Source: SAR86 cluster bacterium AG-390-O18
Lineage (GTDB): Bacteria; Pseudomonadota; Gammaproteobacteria; Magnimaribacterales; AG-339-G14
Assembly: GCA_003279605.1 (NCBI GenBank)
Contig: QCHF01000001.1
Coordinates: forward strand, 26,075 to 90,074
Direction of reading: 5' to 3'
Length of the DNA stretch: 64,000 nucleotides
Shown here: positions 43,092 through 52,645 of the stretch, piece by piece
Position numbering within the stretch: position 1 is the first letter of the stretch
How the letters are laid out: every line of letters starts with the position of its first letter
The notes under the pieces: generated by a model
What the model saw: the letters and a program-made list of their open reading frames with translations, nothing else
The model's database searches: none
What the model was told of the DNA's origin: nothing
Program-made: the position numbers and the translations under genes

Positions 43092-44372
43092 TCACTCGTC
43101 GCCGAGTTCTTCATCTTCTTGTACAATTTGAAGAACTCTCGCGATCTTAATCATATTATTTCTAATCAATACAGTTTCGATAGAGTAATTATCAATTTCA
43201 ATTTTGATATTGTTTTCAGGAATTGTTTCAACCTGATCGATAATTAATCCGTTTAAGGTTTTAGCTCCATTTATTGGAAGCTGCCAATTTAGTTTTTTGT
43301 TTAGCTCTCTCAATGGTATTGAAGCATCAATTAAATAACTACCATCTTTTTGCTCCATAATTTCTACAGTCTCTCTATCGATATCCGTAGCAAGCTCGCC
43401 AACAATTTCTTCTAGGACATCTTTGATCGTAACTAATCCCTTAACAGATCCATATTCATCAATTATTACAGCAACCGTCTTTTTATTTTTTTGAAAATTA
43501 AAAAGTTGTGTGCTCAAAGGAGTATTTTCTGGAATGAAGTAAGCTTCGTCTAAAGATTCAATCAAACTTTCAATTGATTTATCTTTATTTGAAAGAAAAG
43601 AAGTAATTCCATAAAGGTCTATAACTCCTCTTAGATCATCAAGAGATTCATTATAGACAGGTAAAAAATCCTTTTGATTGTTTTGAAGGTTACTGAGAAT
43701 ATTTTCTATCGGCTGATTTATATCTATACCAATTACTTCACTTCTTTGCGTCATAACTTCGTCAACGGAAACTTTATCTAGCTCCAAAACACTTATTAAC
43801 ATGTCCTGATATTTCTTGGGAATCAAGTCTCCAGAGTTTTCCAAGACGCTCTTTAATTCTTCAGGCGATAAATCTTCGTTAAATGAAGTTTCTTTTGTCC
43901 CCAAAAGCCTCATAAAAAAGTTCGAAAAGAAGTTAACAAACAAGACTAAAGGCCTGAGTATCTTTTGCAAATATTTAAGGATTAGAGATGCAGGAAGAGC
44001 AACTTTTTCTGAATTCAATGCCGCGAAAGTCTTAGGCGTAATTTCAGCAAATACTAAAATTATTAAAGTTAAGACAATTGATCCTATTACAACACCACTG
44101 TCTCCAAATAAATTCAAACAAAGGACAGTTGTAAGTGAAGCCGCAAGGATATTTACAAAGTTATTTCCTATGAGAATAACACCTAGCAATCTGTCAGGTC
44201 TTTTTAAGAGTTTGTCAGCTCTAATAGCTCCTTTATTGTTTTCTTTAACCAAATGTTTAAGGCGATACCTATTTAAGGACATCATTGCCGTTTCTACTCC
44301 AGAGAAAAAAGCAGAAAGAAATAGCAGAAAAACGATGCTAGAAAACAGCATCCAAGGATTAACGTCAGCCAA
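43092..44372 (-). CDS. CNNM/CorB (HlyC/CorC) family transporter-like protein (DUF21, CBS pair, CorC_HlyC)
   Basis: The N-terminal DUF21 (LSAFFSGVETAMMSLNRYRLKHL), the CBS pair and the C-terminal transporter-associated domain are present; 426 aa. Confidence 0.85.
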   Translation of the reverse strand: MADVNPWMLFSSIVFLLFLSAFFSGVETAMMSLNRYRLKHLVKENNKGAIRADKLLKRPDRLLGVILIGNNFVNILAASLTTVLCLNLFGDSGVVIGSIVLTLIILVFAEITPKTFAALNSEKVALPASLILKYLQKILRPLVLFVNFFSNFFMRLLGTKETSFNEDLSPEELKSVLENSGDLIPKKYQDMLISVLELDKVSVDEVMTQRSEVIGIDINQPIENILSNLQNNQKDFLPVYNESLDDLRGVIDLYGITSFLSNKDKSIESLIESLDEAYFIPENTPLSTQLFNFQKNKKTVAVIIDEYGSVKGLVTIKDVLEEIVGELATDIDRETVEIMEQKDGSYLIDASIPLRELNKKLNWQLPINGAKTLNGLIIDQVETIPENNIKIEIDNYSIETVLIRNNMIKIARVLQIVQEDEELGDE

Positions 44373-44427
44373 TTGTAGAAATTAAGTGAATTGTTTGCAT
44401 TTTTTTACAATTATAAGAAGGTTTTAC

Positions 44428-44455
44428 TTGAATACAAAATTAAATTACTTAGAAT
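44428..44455 (+). promoter_or_regulatory. Putative sigma70-type promoter of the rpsP operon (TTGAAT-16 nt-TAGAAT)
   Basis: TTGAAT is at 44428-44433 and TAGAAT at 44450-44455. It is followed by ACGCATCTCA, matching the groES promoter downstream region. Confidence 0.5.
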
Positions 44456-44474
44456 ACGCATCTCAAAGATATTT

Positions 44475-45533
44475 ATGGTAACTATAAGACTAGCTAGAGG
44501 AGGCGCTAAAAAGCGTCCTTATTTTCATATTACAGTCGCTGATTCAAGAAGAGCTAGAGATGGAAAATACATCGAAAGGGTAGGTTTTTTTAACCCTATT
44601 GCCTCAGCTCAAAATGACAGGCTTAATATAGATCATGAAAGATTAGACTATTGGGTGAGTAAAGGAGCTCAAGTTACCGAGAGAGTAAAAAACTTGATTA
44701 AAGAGTCAAAGCTTTCAATTGAAGATTTCAATCAGTTAATCGCTAAGAAAGAGAAACTCAGGTTAGTCAAACTTGAAAAGAAAAAAGCTTTAACCTCTGA
44801 AACAGACACTGAAAAAAGTTCTTCTGAAGGGGGAGAAGTCTCAGCTGAGACAGAAAATACAGAACCAAAAAGTACCAATAATAAACAATCAAATAATGAG
44901 GATAATCTAATGGAAAAAACTGAAGATATTATTGATAAGGTTGCAGAAGGTACAAAAGAAGTAGCTGAAGGAGCTGCTGAAGCTGTAACAGATGTTGCCG
45001 AAGGCGCAGTCGATGTTGCTGAAGAAGTAGTTGAAACAGCTGAAGATGTTGTTAAAGACGCTGCTGAAGCTGTAACAGATGTTGCTGAAGGAGCTGCTAA
45101 TGTAGCTGGCGATGTTGCTGAGACCGCTGAAGATGTTGTTGAAGACGCAGTTGATGCTGTTAAAGATGTTGCCGAAGGCGCAGTCGATGTTGCAGAAGAC
45201 GTTGTTGACACTGCAAAAGAAGTCGCAGGCGATCTTGCTGAAGGCGATGTTGTTGAAGCAGTAAAAGACGTAGCTGAAGGAGCAGTCGATGTTGCAGAAG
45301 ACGTTGTCGAAACTGCAGTTGATGTTGCCGAAGACGCAGTTGAAGCAGTAAAAGACGTTGCTGAAGGTGCAGCTGATGTAGTTGAAGACGTTATCGAAAC
45401 TGCTGAAGATGTTGTTGAAGATGCAGTTGATGCTGTGAAAGATGTTGCTGAAGGCGCTGCTGATGCAGTCGGTGATGCAGTTGATGCTGTCAAAGACGCA
45501 TTCACATCCGACGACTCTAAAGACGATAAATAA
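44475..45533 (+). CDS. rpsP: 30S ribosomal protein bS16 with a ~270-aa acidic repeat C-terminal extension
   Basis: The core [43 protein letters not shown]... aligns across the whole 82-aa E. coli S16. The frame continues without a stop to 45533. Start placed at the ATG at 44475; the ORF track begins 28 codons earlier at a non-homologous alternative start. Confidence 0.9.
   Translation: MVTIRLARGGAKKRPYFHITVADSRRARDGKYIERVGFFNPIASAQNDRLNIDHERLDYWVSKGAQVTERVKNLIKESKLSIEDFNQLIAKKEKLRLVKLEKKKALTSETDTEKSSSEGGEVSAETENTEPKSTNNKQSNNEDNLMEKTEDIIDKVAEGTKEVAEGAAEAVTDVAEGAVDVAEEVVETAEDVVKDAAEAVTDVAEGAANVAGDVAETAEDVVEDAVDAVKDVAEGAVDVAEDVVDTAKEVAGDLAEGDVVEAVKDVAEGAVDVAEDVVETAVDVAEDAVEAVKDVAEGAADVVEDVIETAEDVVEDAVDAVKDVAEGAADAVGDAVDAVKDAFTSDDSKDDK
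44982..45500 (+). repeat. In-frame tandem repeat, period 87 nt (29 aa), about 5.5 units, inside the rpsP tail
   Basis: Unit starts (GCT/GCA GT. A.A GA. GT.) fall at 44982, 45069, 45156, 45258, 45345, 45432 and 45486. The spacings are 87, 87, 102, 87, 87 and 54 nt. The peptide unit is about [29 protein letters not shown]. Confidence 0.9.
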
Positions 45534-45542
45534 ATTATCAAG

Positions 45543-46052
45543 ATGACCTACCAAGATGATGATTTCATTTTGGTAGGTAATTTTGGCCGTCCAATCGGCC
45601 TTAAAGGAAGTATCAAATTAAATTCCTTTACCAGGCCTTCTGAAAATATAAAATCTTATAACTCTTTCTTTATGAAAGAGAACTCTGAATTTATTGAATT
45701 AGAAGTAAAAAAAATAACTACTTCTGGTAAAAATCTAATCATTTTTTTAAATAATTGTAATTCTCTTGATGAGGCTGAAGAAACCTTCAAGGGTAGAGAA
45801 ATTTTTATTTCTAAATTAGATCTACCAGAAGTAAAAGATAAGTTTTATTGGAATGATTTAATTGGTTTAGAGGTAATCATACGAAGCTCAGAAAAACCCT
45901 TAGGCAAGGTTCACTCGCTTTTGGAAACGGGCTCTAATGATGTCCTAATAATTAAAAATCCAAATCAAGAAGATATATTGATTCCATTCATCATGAAACA
46001 AGTAATTCTTGAGGTAACAGAAAAAAGCATTTATGTAGATTGGGAGGTTTAA
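45543..46052 (+). CDS. rimM: Ribosome maturation factor RimM
   Basis: 169 aa with G.FGRPIGLKGSIKL and a PRC-barrel C-terminus; sits in the rpsP-rimM-trmD-rplS operon. Confidence 0.9.
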   Translation: MTYQDDDFILVGNFGRPIGLKGSIKLNSFTRPSENIKSYNSFFMKENSEFIELEVKKITTSGKNLIIFLNNCNSLDEAEETFKGREIFISKLDLPEVKDKFYWNDLIGLEVIIRSSEKPLGKVHSLLETGSNDVLIIKNPNQEDILIPFIMKQVILEVTEKSIYVDWEV

Positions 46053-46790
46053 ATGAATTTTACTTTTGTTTCCTTATTTCCCGAAATCATAAGATCTGCT
46101 TTGAATGAAAGCATAACCAAAAGAGCAATTGAAAAGTTTTTGATCTCTTATGAAACTATAAATCCTAGGGATTATCTTAAGACTAAAGAAAGAATTGATG
46201 ACAAAGTTTACGGCGGCGGTCCGGGAATGCTTTTAAAATCTGAACCTTTAATGAAAGCTCTGGATGATGCAATTTCTAAATGTGATAGATCAGAAAGTAA
46301 AATTATTTATTTATCTCCAAAAGGTAAGCCATTTACTCAAGAGACTGCTGAGGCTTTGGCTTCAGAGAAAAATATAATATTTATCTGTGGTCGTTATGAA
46401 GGAATTGATCAGAGAATCATTGACCATTATGTCGATGATGAAATAAGTATTGGTGATTATGTCCTTTCAGGAGGCGAGCTACCAGCTTTGGTAGTATTTG
46501 ATGCAATCTCAAGAAACATCGAGGGCGTTTTGGGAGACGATGCATCTCTTGATCAAGAATCTTTTTCCAGAGGATTATTAGAATATCCTCAATATACTAG
46601 ACCGGAAAAAATGAAATTGGGAGAAGTTCCTAAAGAATTATTATCTGGAAATCATGCAGCTATAGAGCAATGGCGAAAGAAGCAGATGCTTGGAATTACT
46701 GCTTTGAGAAGAAAAGACCTTCTTGAAAAAAATGAATTATCATCTGAAGAAAAAGCTCTTTTGGAAGAATTTTTTGATGAACTTGAGTGA
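46053..46790 (+). CDS. trmD: tRNA (guanine37-N1)-methyltransferase
   Basis: Contains DDKVYGGGPGMLLK, ICGRYEGIDQR and DYVLSGGELPALV. Confidence 0.96.
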   Translation: MNFTFVSLFPEIIRSALNESITKRAIEKFLISYETINPRDYLKTKERIDDKVYGGGPGMLLKSEPLMKALDDAISKCDRSESKIIYLSPKGKPFTQETAEALASEKNIIFICGRYEGIDQRIIDHYVDDEISIGDYVLSGGELPALVVFDAISRNIEGVLGDDASLDQESFSRGLLEYPQYTRPEKMKLGEVPKELLSGNHAAIEQWRKKQMLGITALRRKDLLEKNELSSEEKALLEEFFDELE

Positions 46791-46834
46791 TAATCTGATA
46801 GAATTCCCTTCCTTAAAGACAAGCAGTAATTGAA

Positions 46835-47188
46835 ATGAGTAGCAAAAGAACGTCTGTCCAAGTCATAGAGGCAGCTCAACTTAAAGATAATGTTCCTGAG
46901 TTTAATCAAGGGGATACTGTTTTAGTTGAGATTGTAGTTAAAGAGGGAGACCGAGAGAGGACTCAACCTTTTGAAGGCGTAATAATCGGCATTAAAAACA
47001 GAGGTCTAAATTCTGCTTTCACAGTTAGAAAAATTTCCAGTGGTGTTGGAGTTGAAAGAACTTTTCAAACTCACAGTCCGTTAATAAAATCCATCAAAGT
47101 CAAAAGGAAAGGTAAAGTTAGACAATCAAAGCTTTATTACTTAAGAGAACGCTCTGGAAGATCCGCAAGAATAAAAGAAAAAGTATAA
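46835..47188 (+). CDS. rplS: 50S ribosomal protein bL19
   Basis: Contains F..GDTV.V...V.EG.RER.Q.FEGV.I...[20 protein letters not shown]. Confidence 0.96.
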   Translation: MSSKRTSVQVIEAAQLKDNVPEFNQGDTVLVEIVVKEGDRERTQPFEGVIIGIKNRGLNSAFTVRKISSGVGVERTFQTHSPLIKSIKVKRKGKVRQSKLYYLRERSGRSARIKEKV

Positions 47189-47195
47189 TCACATA

Positions 47196-48095
47196 ATGAG
47201 TGATTCGGATAGGCAAATTCTTGATGCCTTCATCGACAATATCTGGATTGAAAAGGGATTAAGTCAAAATACTTTAGACTCGTATAGAAGTGATCTTGAG
47301 CAATTTTCTTCATGGCTTGAAAAAAACAACCTTTCTTATATAAAAACTTCCAAGAAAGAAATTCTCGCTTATTTATCTTTTCTTTTTCAAAAAGGCTTAG
47401 GAAGTAAAACAGTTGCCAGAAAACTTTCTTCATTAAAATCTTTCTTCCGCTATTTGGTTTTTAAATCCATTATTACAAATGATCCCTCAAGCGAGGTTGA
47501 AACGCCAAAATTATTAAAGTCCATTCCCAAATCCATTTCAGAAAAAGAAGTTGAAGCATTGTTAGCTGCGCCTGATGAAAAGACAGATATTGGGCTTAGA
47601 GATAAAACTATGATTGAGACTTTATATTCATGCGGGCTAAGAATTTCAGAATTAACAAATTTAGAATTGCTAAATCTTAACTTGCGCCAAGGTGTAATCA
47701 GAGTAATTGGAAAAGGTCAAAAAGAAAGATTGGTGCCAATGGGTGATCAGCTTATTAGTTTATTAGAACTCTACATTTCCTCATCAAGGAAAAGCCTTCT
47801 AAACAAAAGACATTCTGACTTTTTATTTTTATCAACAAGAGGACAGGGTATGACTCGTCAATCCTTCTGGCATAGGATAAAAAATTATTGTTTGGCTTCA
47901 GGTTTTGAGCCAGATAAAATTTCGCCTCACGTACTTAGACACGCTTTTGCAACCCACCTTTTAAATAATGGAGCCGACTTAAGAGTGGTGCAGCTTTTAC
48001 TCGGACATAGCGACTTAAATACAACGCAAATTTACACAGAGGTTGCTAGACAACGTCTGAAAAGACTTCATACTGAGCACCATCCAAGAGGCTAG
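47196..48095 (+). CDS. xerD: Site-specific tyrosine recombinase XerD
   Basis: The N-terminus is FIDNIWIEKGLSQNTLDSYRSDL. The catalytic region is HVLRHAFATHLL..GADLRVVQLLLGHSDLNTTQIYT, and it ends HHPRG. It is followed by dsbC as in E. coli. Confidence 0.92.
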   Translation: MSDSDRQILDAFIDNIWIEKGLSQNTLDSYRSDLEQFSSWLEKNNLSYIKTSKKEILAYLSFLFQKGLGSKTVARKLSSLKSFFRYLVFKSIITNDPSSEVETPKLLKSIPKSISEKEVEALLAAPDEKTDIGLRDKTMIETLYSCGLRISELTNLELLNLNLRQGVIRVIGKGQKERLVPMGDQLISLLELYISSSRKSLLNKRHSDFLFLSTRGQGMTRQSFWHRIKNYCLASGFEPDKISPHVLRHAFATHLLNNGADLRVVQLLLGHSDLNTTQIYTEVARQRLKRLHTEHHPRG

Positions 48096-48098
48096 GAT

Positions 48099-48809
48099 AT
48101 GATTATTTATAGGTTTATTGTTTTATTTTTCTCTTTGCAGATTTTTGTTTTAGATAAAGATGAAATAAAAGCAAAATTAAACGAAATCATTCCAGAAGAG
48201 ATATCGGTAGATATGGTTGACGATACTTATTCTCCTAACTTTTTTTCTGTTGAATTATCTGACGGATCTTTATTTTATGTAACAGCTGATGGTGAATTTA
48301 TCATCAATGGCGATCTTTATCAGATTGAAAAAAAATCTTTAATAAATTTTTCAGACATGCGAGATTCTAAAAAAAGAATTAATAGAATACTTGAAATAAA
48401 TCCAAGCGAATTTATAACCTTTAAACCCAAAGAAAAGAAAATAGATATCTATGTTTTTACAGACGTTGATTGTGGGTATTGTAGAAAATTACATTCTGAA
48501 ATCACAAGTTATTTAGAAAAAGGCATACAAGTTAATTATTTAGCTTATCCAAGAGAGGGTTTGGAAAGTGAGACTTTCCACAAAATGAAGACTGCTTGGT
48601 GTTCAAAAAATCCTCAAGCAAGTTTGACGACTTTAAAACTTGGTAAAACCATTAAAGGCAGTGATTGCACTAAAAAAATTGTTTCAAAACATTATAATTT
48701 AGCTAAAGAATTTAATGCTCGAGGAACTCCTACTATAATTTTAGAGAATGGTTTCTTATTGGCAGGTTATCACTCTGCTGAAGAGATATTGAATTTTTTA
48801 ACAAAATAA
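48099..48809 (+). CDS. dsbC: Thiol:disulfide interchange protein DsbC
   Basis: It has a signal peptide, an N-terminal dimerisation domain and a thioredoxin fold with CGYC. Confidence 0.88.
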   Translation: MIIYRFIVLFFSLQIFVLDKDEIKAKLNEIIPEEISVDMVDDTYSPNFFSVELSDGSLFYVTADGEFIINGDLYQIEKKSLINFSDMRDSKKRINRILEINPSEFITFKPKEKKIDIYVFTDVDCGYCRKLHSEITSYLEKGIQVNYLAYPREGLESETFHKMKTAWCSKNPQASLTTLKLGKTIKGSDCTKKIVSKHYNLAKEFNARGTPTIILENGFLLAGYHSAEEILNFLTK

Positions 48810-48811
48810 AT

Positions 48812-49990
48812 ATGGATAAAAACTTTTCTTCAATAAATCGATTACCTCCTTATGTTTTCGAGGAAATTGGTCAACTTAAAATGGCAGCCCGAAGAAGGGG
48901 TGAAGATATTATTGATTTTGGAATGGGTAATCCAGACGGCGCAACTCCTGATTTTATTGTCGATAAACTCAAAGAAGTCGTGACGCGACCTGATACCCAT
49001 CGTTACTCTCAATCAAAGGGGATTCCTAAATTGAGACAGGCTATAACTGACTGGTATGCTAGAAAATTTGATGTTTCATTGGATCCTGAAGAAGAGGCAA
49101 TAGCTACTCTTGGTTCAAAAGAGGGCTTAAGTCATTTAGCCATTGCTACAATGGATAAGGGAGACGTAATTTTGGTACCAAATCCAGCTTATCCAATACA
49201 CCCCTTTGGTTTTGTAATTGCTGGGGCGGATATTCACCACGTACCAATAGGTCCTGGCATTGATTTCTTTAAAAGTTTAAAAGATGCAATAAAAAATTCT
49301 TTTCCGAAACCAAAAATGTTGCTTATTAATTTTCCAAGCAACCCAACAACGAGTTGCGTTGATTTAGATTTTTTTAAGGAAGTTATTGCTATTGCTAAAG
49401 AACATGATATTTGGGTTGTTCATGACTTGGCTTATGCTGATCTTTGTTTTGATGGTTATGAAGCACCATCAATTCTTCAAGTAGAGGGAGCAAAAGATAT
49501 AGCTGTTGAGTTTTATACTCTTTCAAAAAGTTACAACATGCCCGGTTGGCGCTTAGGTTTTTGTTGTGGCAATAAAGAACTCATAGCTGCGTTAGCAAGA
49601 TTAAAATCTTATTTTGATTACGGTCACTTCACACCCATTCAAGTAGCTGGAATAGAAGCTTTGAATAATGGTGACAAGGAAGTGGAAAAAATTTGCCAAA
49701 CTTATAAATCACGAAGAGATGTACTTTGCGATGGTTTGAATTCATTTGGTTGGAGCATTGAAAAACCTAAAGCAACTATGTTTGTTTGGGCAAGAATTCC
49801 TGAATCGTTTGAAATGAAGTCTATGGAGTTTTCTAGATTCCTATTGGAAAAGGCTAAAGTTGCCGTCTCACCAGGCCTAGGTTTTGGAGAGTATGGAGAT
49901 AACTTTGTTAGATTTTCTTTGATTGAAAATGAACAAAGAACGAACCAGGCGGTCAGAGGTATAAAAAAAGCATTCAAAGAGTATCTCTAA
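48812..49990 (+). CDS. Class I/II PLP-dependent aminotransferase (AlaC-like alanine/glutamate transaminase type)
   Basis: Contains [17 protein letters not shown] and the [15 protein letters not shown]-Lys region. Its position upstream of hom-thrC is as in many gammaproteobacteria. Confidence 0.85.
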   Translation: MDKNFSSINRLPPYVFEEIGQLKMAARRRGEDIIDFGMGNPDGATPDFIVDKLKEVVTRPDTHRYSQSKGIPKLRQAITDWYARKFDVSLDPEEEAIATLGSKEGLSHLAIATMDKGDVILVPNPAYPIHPFGFVIAGADIHHVPIGPGIDFFKSLKDAIKNSFPKPKMLLINFPSNPTTSCVDLDFFKEVIAIAKEHDIWVVHDLAYADLCFDGYEAPSILQVEGAKDIAVEFYTLSKSYNMPGWRLGFCCGNKELIAALARLKSYFDYGHFTPIQVAGIEALNNGDKEVEKICQTYKSRRDVLCDGLNSFGWSIEKPKATMFVWARIPESFEMKSMEFSRFLLEKAKVAVSPGLGFGEYGDNFVRFSLIENEQRTNQAVRGIKKAFKEYL

Positions 49991-51258
49991 TGACAAATTT
50001 AAAAATAGGTTTATGCGGTACTGGAAATGTCGGATCAGCTTTTATTGAAAGCATCATTTCTTCAGAGTCTCTAATAAATCGAAATTATGGTTTGAATATT
50101 TCAATATCTTTGATTGGTGCAAGAAAAGGCAAGGTATCTGGCGTCTCAAATATTTCAGTTATTACAGATATACAAGAAGTTGCTAAATCAGATGATGTTG
50201 ATGTTGTTGTAGAGTTGATTGGCGGCGTCGAAGATGCTTACAAACTTGCTGTTTCAGCACTTAAAAATAAAAAACATTTTGTCACGGCAAATAAAGCTCT
50301 TATTGCTGCTCATTCAAAAGAACTTTTTGAATTGGCAAAGGAAAATCAGGTTCACATTGGTTTTGAAGCTTCTGTGGCTGGCGGTATTCCAATTATTAGA
50401 ACCATAAGAGATGGCTTAATTAGTAATCATATAAATTCCTTTGCAGGAATATTGAACGGCACTTCAAATTTTATTTTTTCTAAAATGGCTGACGAAAAGC
50501 TATCTTTTGATACTGCATTGGCTTTGGCTCAAGAAGAAGGGTTTGCTGAACCTGATCCTGCTTTTGATATTTCAGGACAAGATGCTGCACAAAAAACAAG
50601 CATCTTAGCCACGCTTTCTTTTTTTCAAAACTCCTCAATGGAAAATGTTTATTTTGAAGGAATCGATAATATCTCTCCTGATGACATAGATTATGGCAAG
50701 CAATTGAATTTTGTTTTAAAGCCTTTATCGGTTGGCATGCAAAATAAAAACCAAGTTACTCTTGGCAGTTTTCCTTCTTTTGTAAAAGCAGATTCTCTTT
50801 TGGCCTCAATCCAAAATGAAAATAATGCAGTGCTTGTAAATGCTGAAAATGTTGGTGGCACGATGTATTCAGGACCAGGTGCCGGAGCAAAACCGACGGC
50901 CAACTCGGTCTTATCAGACATCATTGATATAGCACGTGGAAAAATTTTTGATTATGAAAAATTTGTTGAAAAAAACCTATCCTCAAGTTTTGAAAATTTT
51001 TCCTGTGATCGCTACCTAAAACTCCAAGTAAATGATAAGCCTGGGGTAGTGGCAAAAATTTCTACTTTGTTAGCAAACAATAATCTCTCGATTGATAATC
51101 TTATTCAAAAAGAATTAGAAAGAAGTGACGGTCAAATACCTCTAGTTATCGTTTTAAGTAACTCAAACGAAACAACTATCCAAGAGACTATCAAAAATTT
51201 GGAAGCTTTAGATGAGGTTTTGGGACCATTAACTCATATTAGGATTTTAGATATCTAA
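49990..51258 (+). CDS. hom: Homoserine dehydrogenase (with C-terminal ACT domain)
   Basis: Contains GLCGTGNVGSAF, VTANKAL, EASVAGGIPII and GILNGTSNFI. Confidence 0.94.
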   Translation: MTNLKIGLCGTGNVGSAFIESIISSESLINRNYGLNISISLIGARKGKVSGVSNISVITDIQEVAKSDDVDVVVELIGGVEDAYKLAVSALKNKKHFVTANKALIAAHSKELFELAKENQVHIGFEASVAGGIPIIRTIRDGLISNHINSFAGILNGTSNFIFSKMADEKLSFDTALALAQEEGFAEPDPAFDISGQDAAQKTSILATLSFFQNSSMENVYFEGIDNISPDDIDYGKQLNFVLKPLSVGMQNKNQVTLGSFPSFVKADSLLASIQNENNAVLVNAENVGGTMYSGPGAGAKPTANSVLSDIIDIARGKIFDYEKFVEKNLSSSFENFSCDRYLKLQVNDKPGVVAKISTLLANNNLSIDNLIQKELERSDGQIPLVIVLSNSNETTIQETIKNLEALDEVLGPLTHIRILDI

Positions 51259-51259
51259 A

Positions 51260-52645
51260 ATGAAATACTTCAGTACTAGAGGAAATTCAAAGCCACTTAA
51301 TTTTATTGATGTGCTGACATCAGGTACAGCAAAAGATGGTGGATTGTATGTGCCAGAAAATTTTCCAAAGTTTTCCAATGAAGAAATCGCTGATTTTGAG
51401 ACTGCAAGCTATCAAGATCTGGCTTCGCATCTCTTGTATCCATACATTGAAGGGTTTTTATCAAAGGATGACTTTGAGCAAGTTGTAAAAAATGCTTACG
51501 ACTCTTTTGCTGTTCCTGAAGTTGTAAAGTTAGTTGAAACAAAAAATATAGGTTATGTCCTTGAATTGTTTCATGGCCCAACTTTTGCTTTTAAAGATGT
51601 AGCTATGCAACTGTTGGCAGCTTTATTGGATAAAGCTGCTGAAAAAACTGATAAGAAAATAGTTGTTCTTGGAGCTACTTCAGGCGATACAGGTTCTGCT
51701 GCCATAGAAGCATGTAAAAAATTTAAAGACATCAATATTGCTATTTTATTTCCTCATCAGAAGATATCTCCTGTTCAACAAAGACAAATGACAACTTCAA
51801 ATGCAAAAAATGTTTTTCCTTTGGCGGTAAAAGGTGATTTTGATGATTGTCAAAATTACGTAAAAAAAATATTTATAGAAAACAACAATGAAGAGGTCAA
51901 GTTTGTATCAATCAATTCAATTAATTGGACAAGAATTATGGCACAAAGTGTCTATTTTTTTTCCACCAAACTTCAACTAAAAAAAGATTATGTAGCTTCA
52001 ATTCCTTCTGGAAACTTTGGACATGCGTATGCTGGCTGGACAGCAAAAAATATGGGTCTTTCATTTAAAGGAATCAATATCGCAACCAACAAGAATGATG
52101 TTTTGCACCGACTCTTTTCTGATGATATTTATCAGAAAAAAGAAACATCCGCTTCTCTTGCTCCATCTATGGATATATCTGTGGCAAGTAATTTTGAAAG
52201 GTTGCTCTTCGAAATATACAAAAAAAATGGTTCTCAGCTGAATGATACTTTTTCATCATTTCCTGCAAAATCAATAGATTTCAATAAGACAGATGAAATT
52301 TGGCAGGAAGTGAAAGCTTTCTTTCAAAGTTCGACTTGTAACGATAAAGAAATTGTTGAAACAATTGTAAAAAGCTATGACTCAGAAAATATTTTATTTG
52401 ATCCTCATACTGCAACAGCAATAAAGGGAAACAAAGATCTTAATCTTGATGTTTCAGAGCTTGTAACCTTTGCTACGGCACATCCAGCTAAATTTCCAGA
52501 TGCAATAAATAAAGAATTGGATATTTTAGACGAAAATACTCCAAGCTCCTTGAAGGAAATTATGACTAGAGAAGAAGCTTTTTCAGTGCTTGAAAATAAT
52601 TTTGAGGACCTGAATAATTATCTTAATTCAGAGGTTCTTAATTAA
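51260..52645 (+). CDS. thrC: Threonine synthase
   Basis: Starts MKYFSTRGN, then GGLYVPE, FHGPTFAFKDVAM (PLP Lys) and GATSGDTGSAA. Confidence 0.95.
   Translation: MKYFSTRGNSKPLNFIDVLTSGTAKDGGLYVPENFPKFSNEEIADFETASYQDLASHLLYPYIEGFLSKDDFEQVVKNAYDSFAVPEVVKLVETKNIGYVLELFHGPTFAFKDVAMQLLAALLDKAAEKTDKKIVVLGATSGDTGSAAIEACKKFKDINIAILFPHQKISPVQQRQMTTSNAKNVFPLAVKGDFDDCQNYVKKIFIENNNEEVKFVSINSINWTRIMAQSVYFFSTKLQLKKDYVASIPSGNFGHAYAGWTAKNMGLSFKGINIATNKNDVLHRLFSDDIYQKKETSASLAPSMDISVASNFERLLFEIYKKNGSQLNDTFSSFPAKSIDFNKTDEIWQEVKAFFQSSTCNDKEIVETIVKSYDSENILFDPHTATAIKGNKDLNLDVSELVTFATAHPAKFPDAINKELDILDENTPSSLKEIMTREEAFSVLENNFEDLNNYLNSEVLN

Noticed and set aside
43816-44385. A 189-aa plus-strand ORF overlapping the CorB-family gene.
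   Set aside because: The minus-strand frame encodes a full-length DUF21-CBS-CorC protein with clear family motifs. The plus-strand translation has no recognisable features.
44732-45554. Two long antisense ORFs (269 aa and 215 aa; Ser/Thr/Ala-rich and Cys/Phe/Asn-rich) opposite the rpsP tail.
   Set aside because: They are a by-product of the GAN/GCN/GTN codon periodicity of the sense repeat, which removes stops from the other frames. The sense frame is contiguous with a bona fide S16 core and operon.
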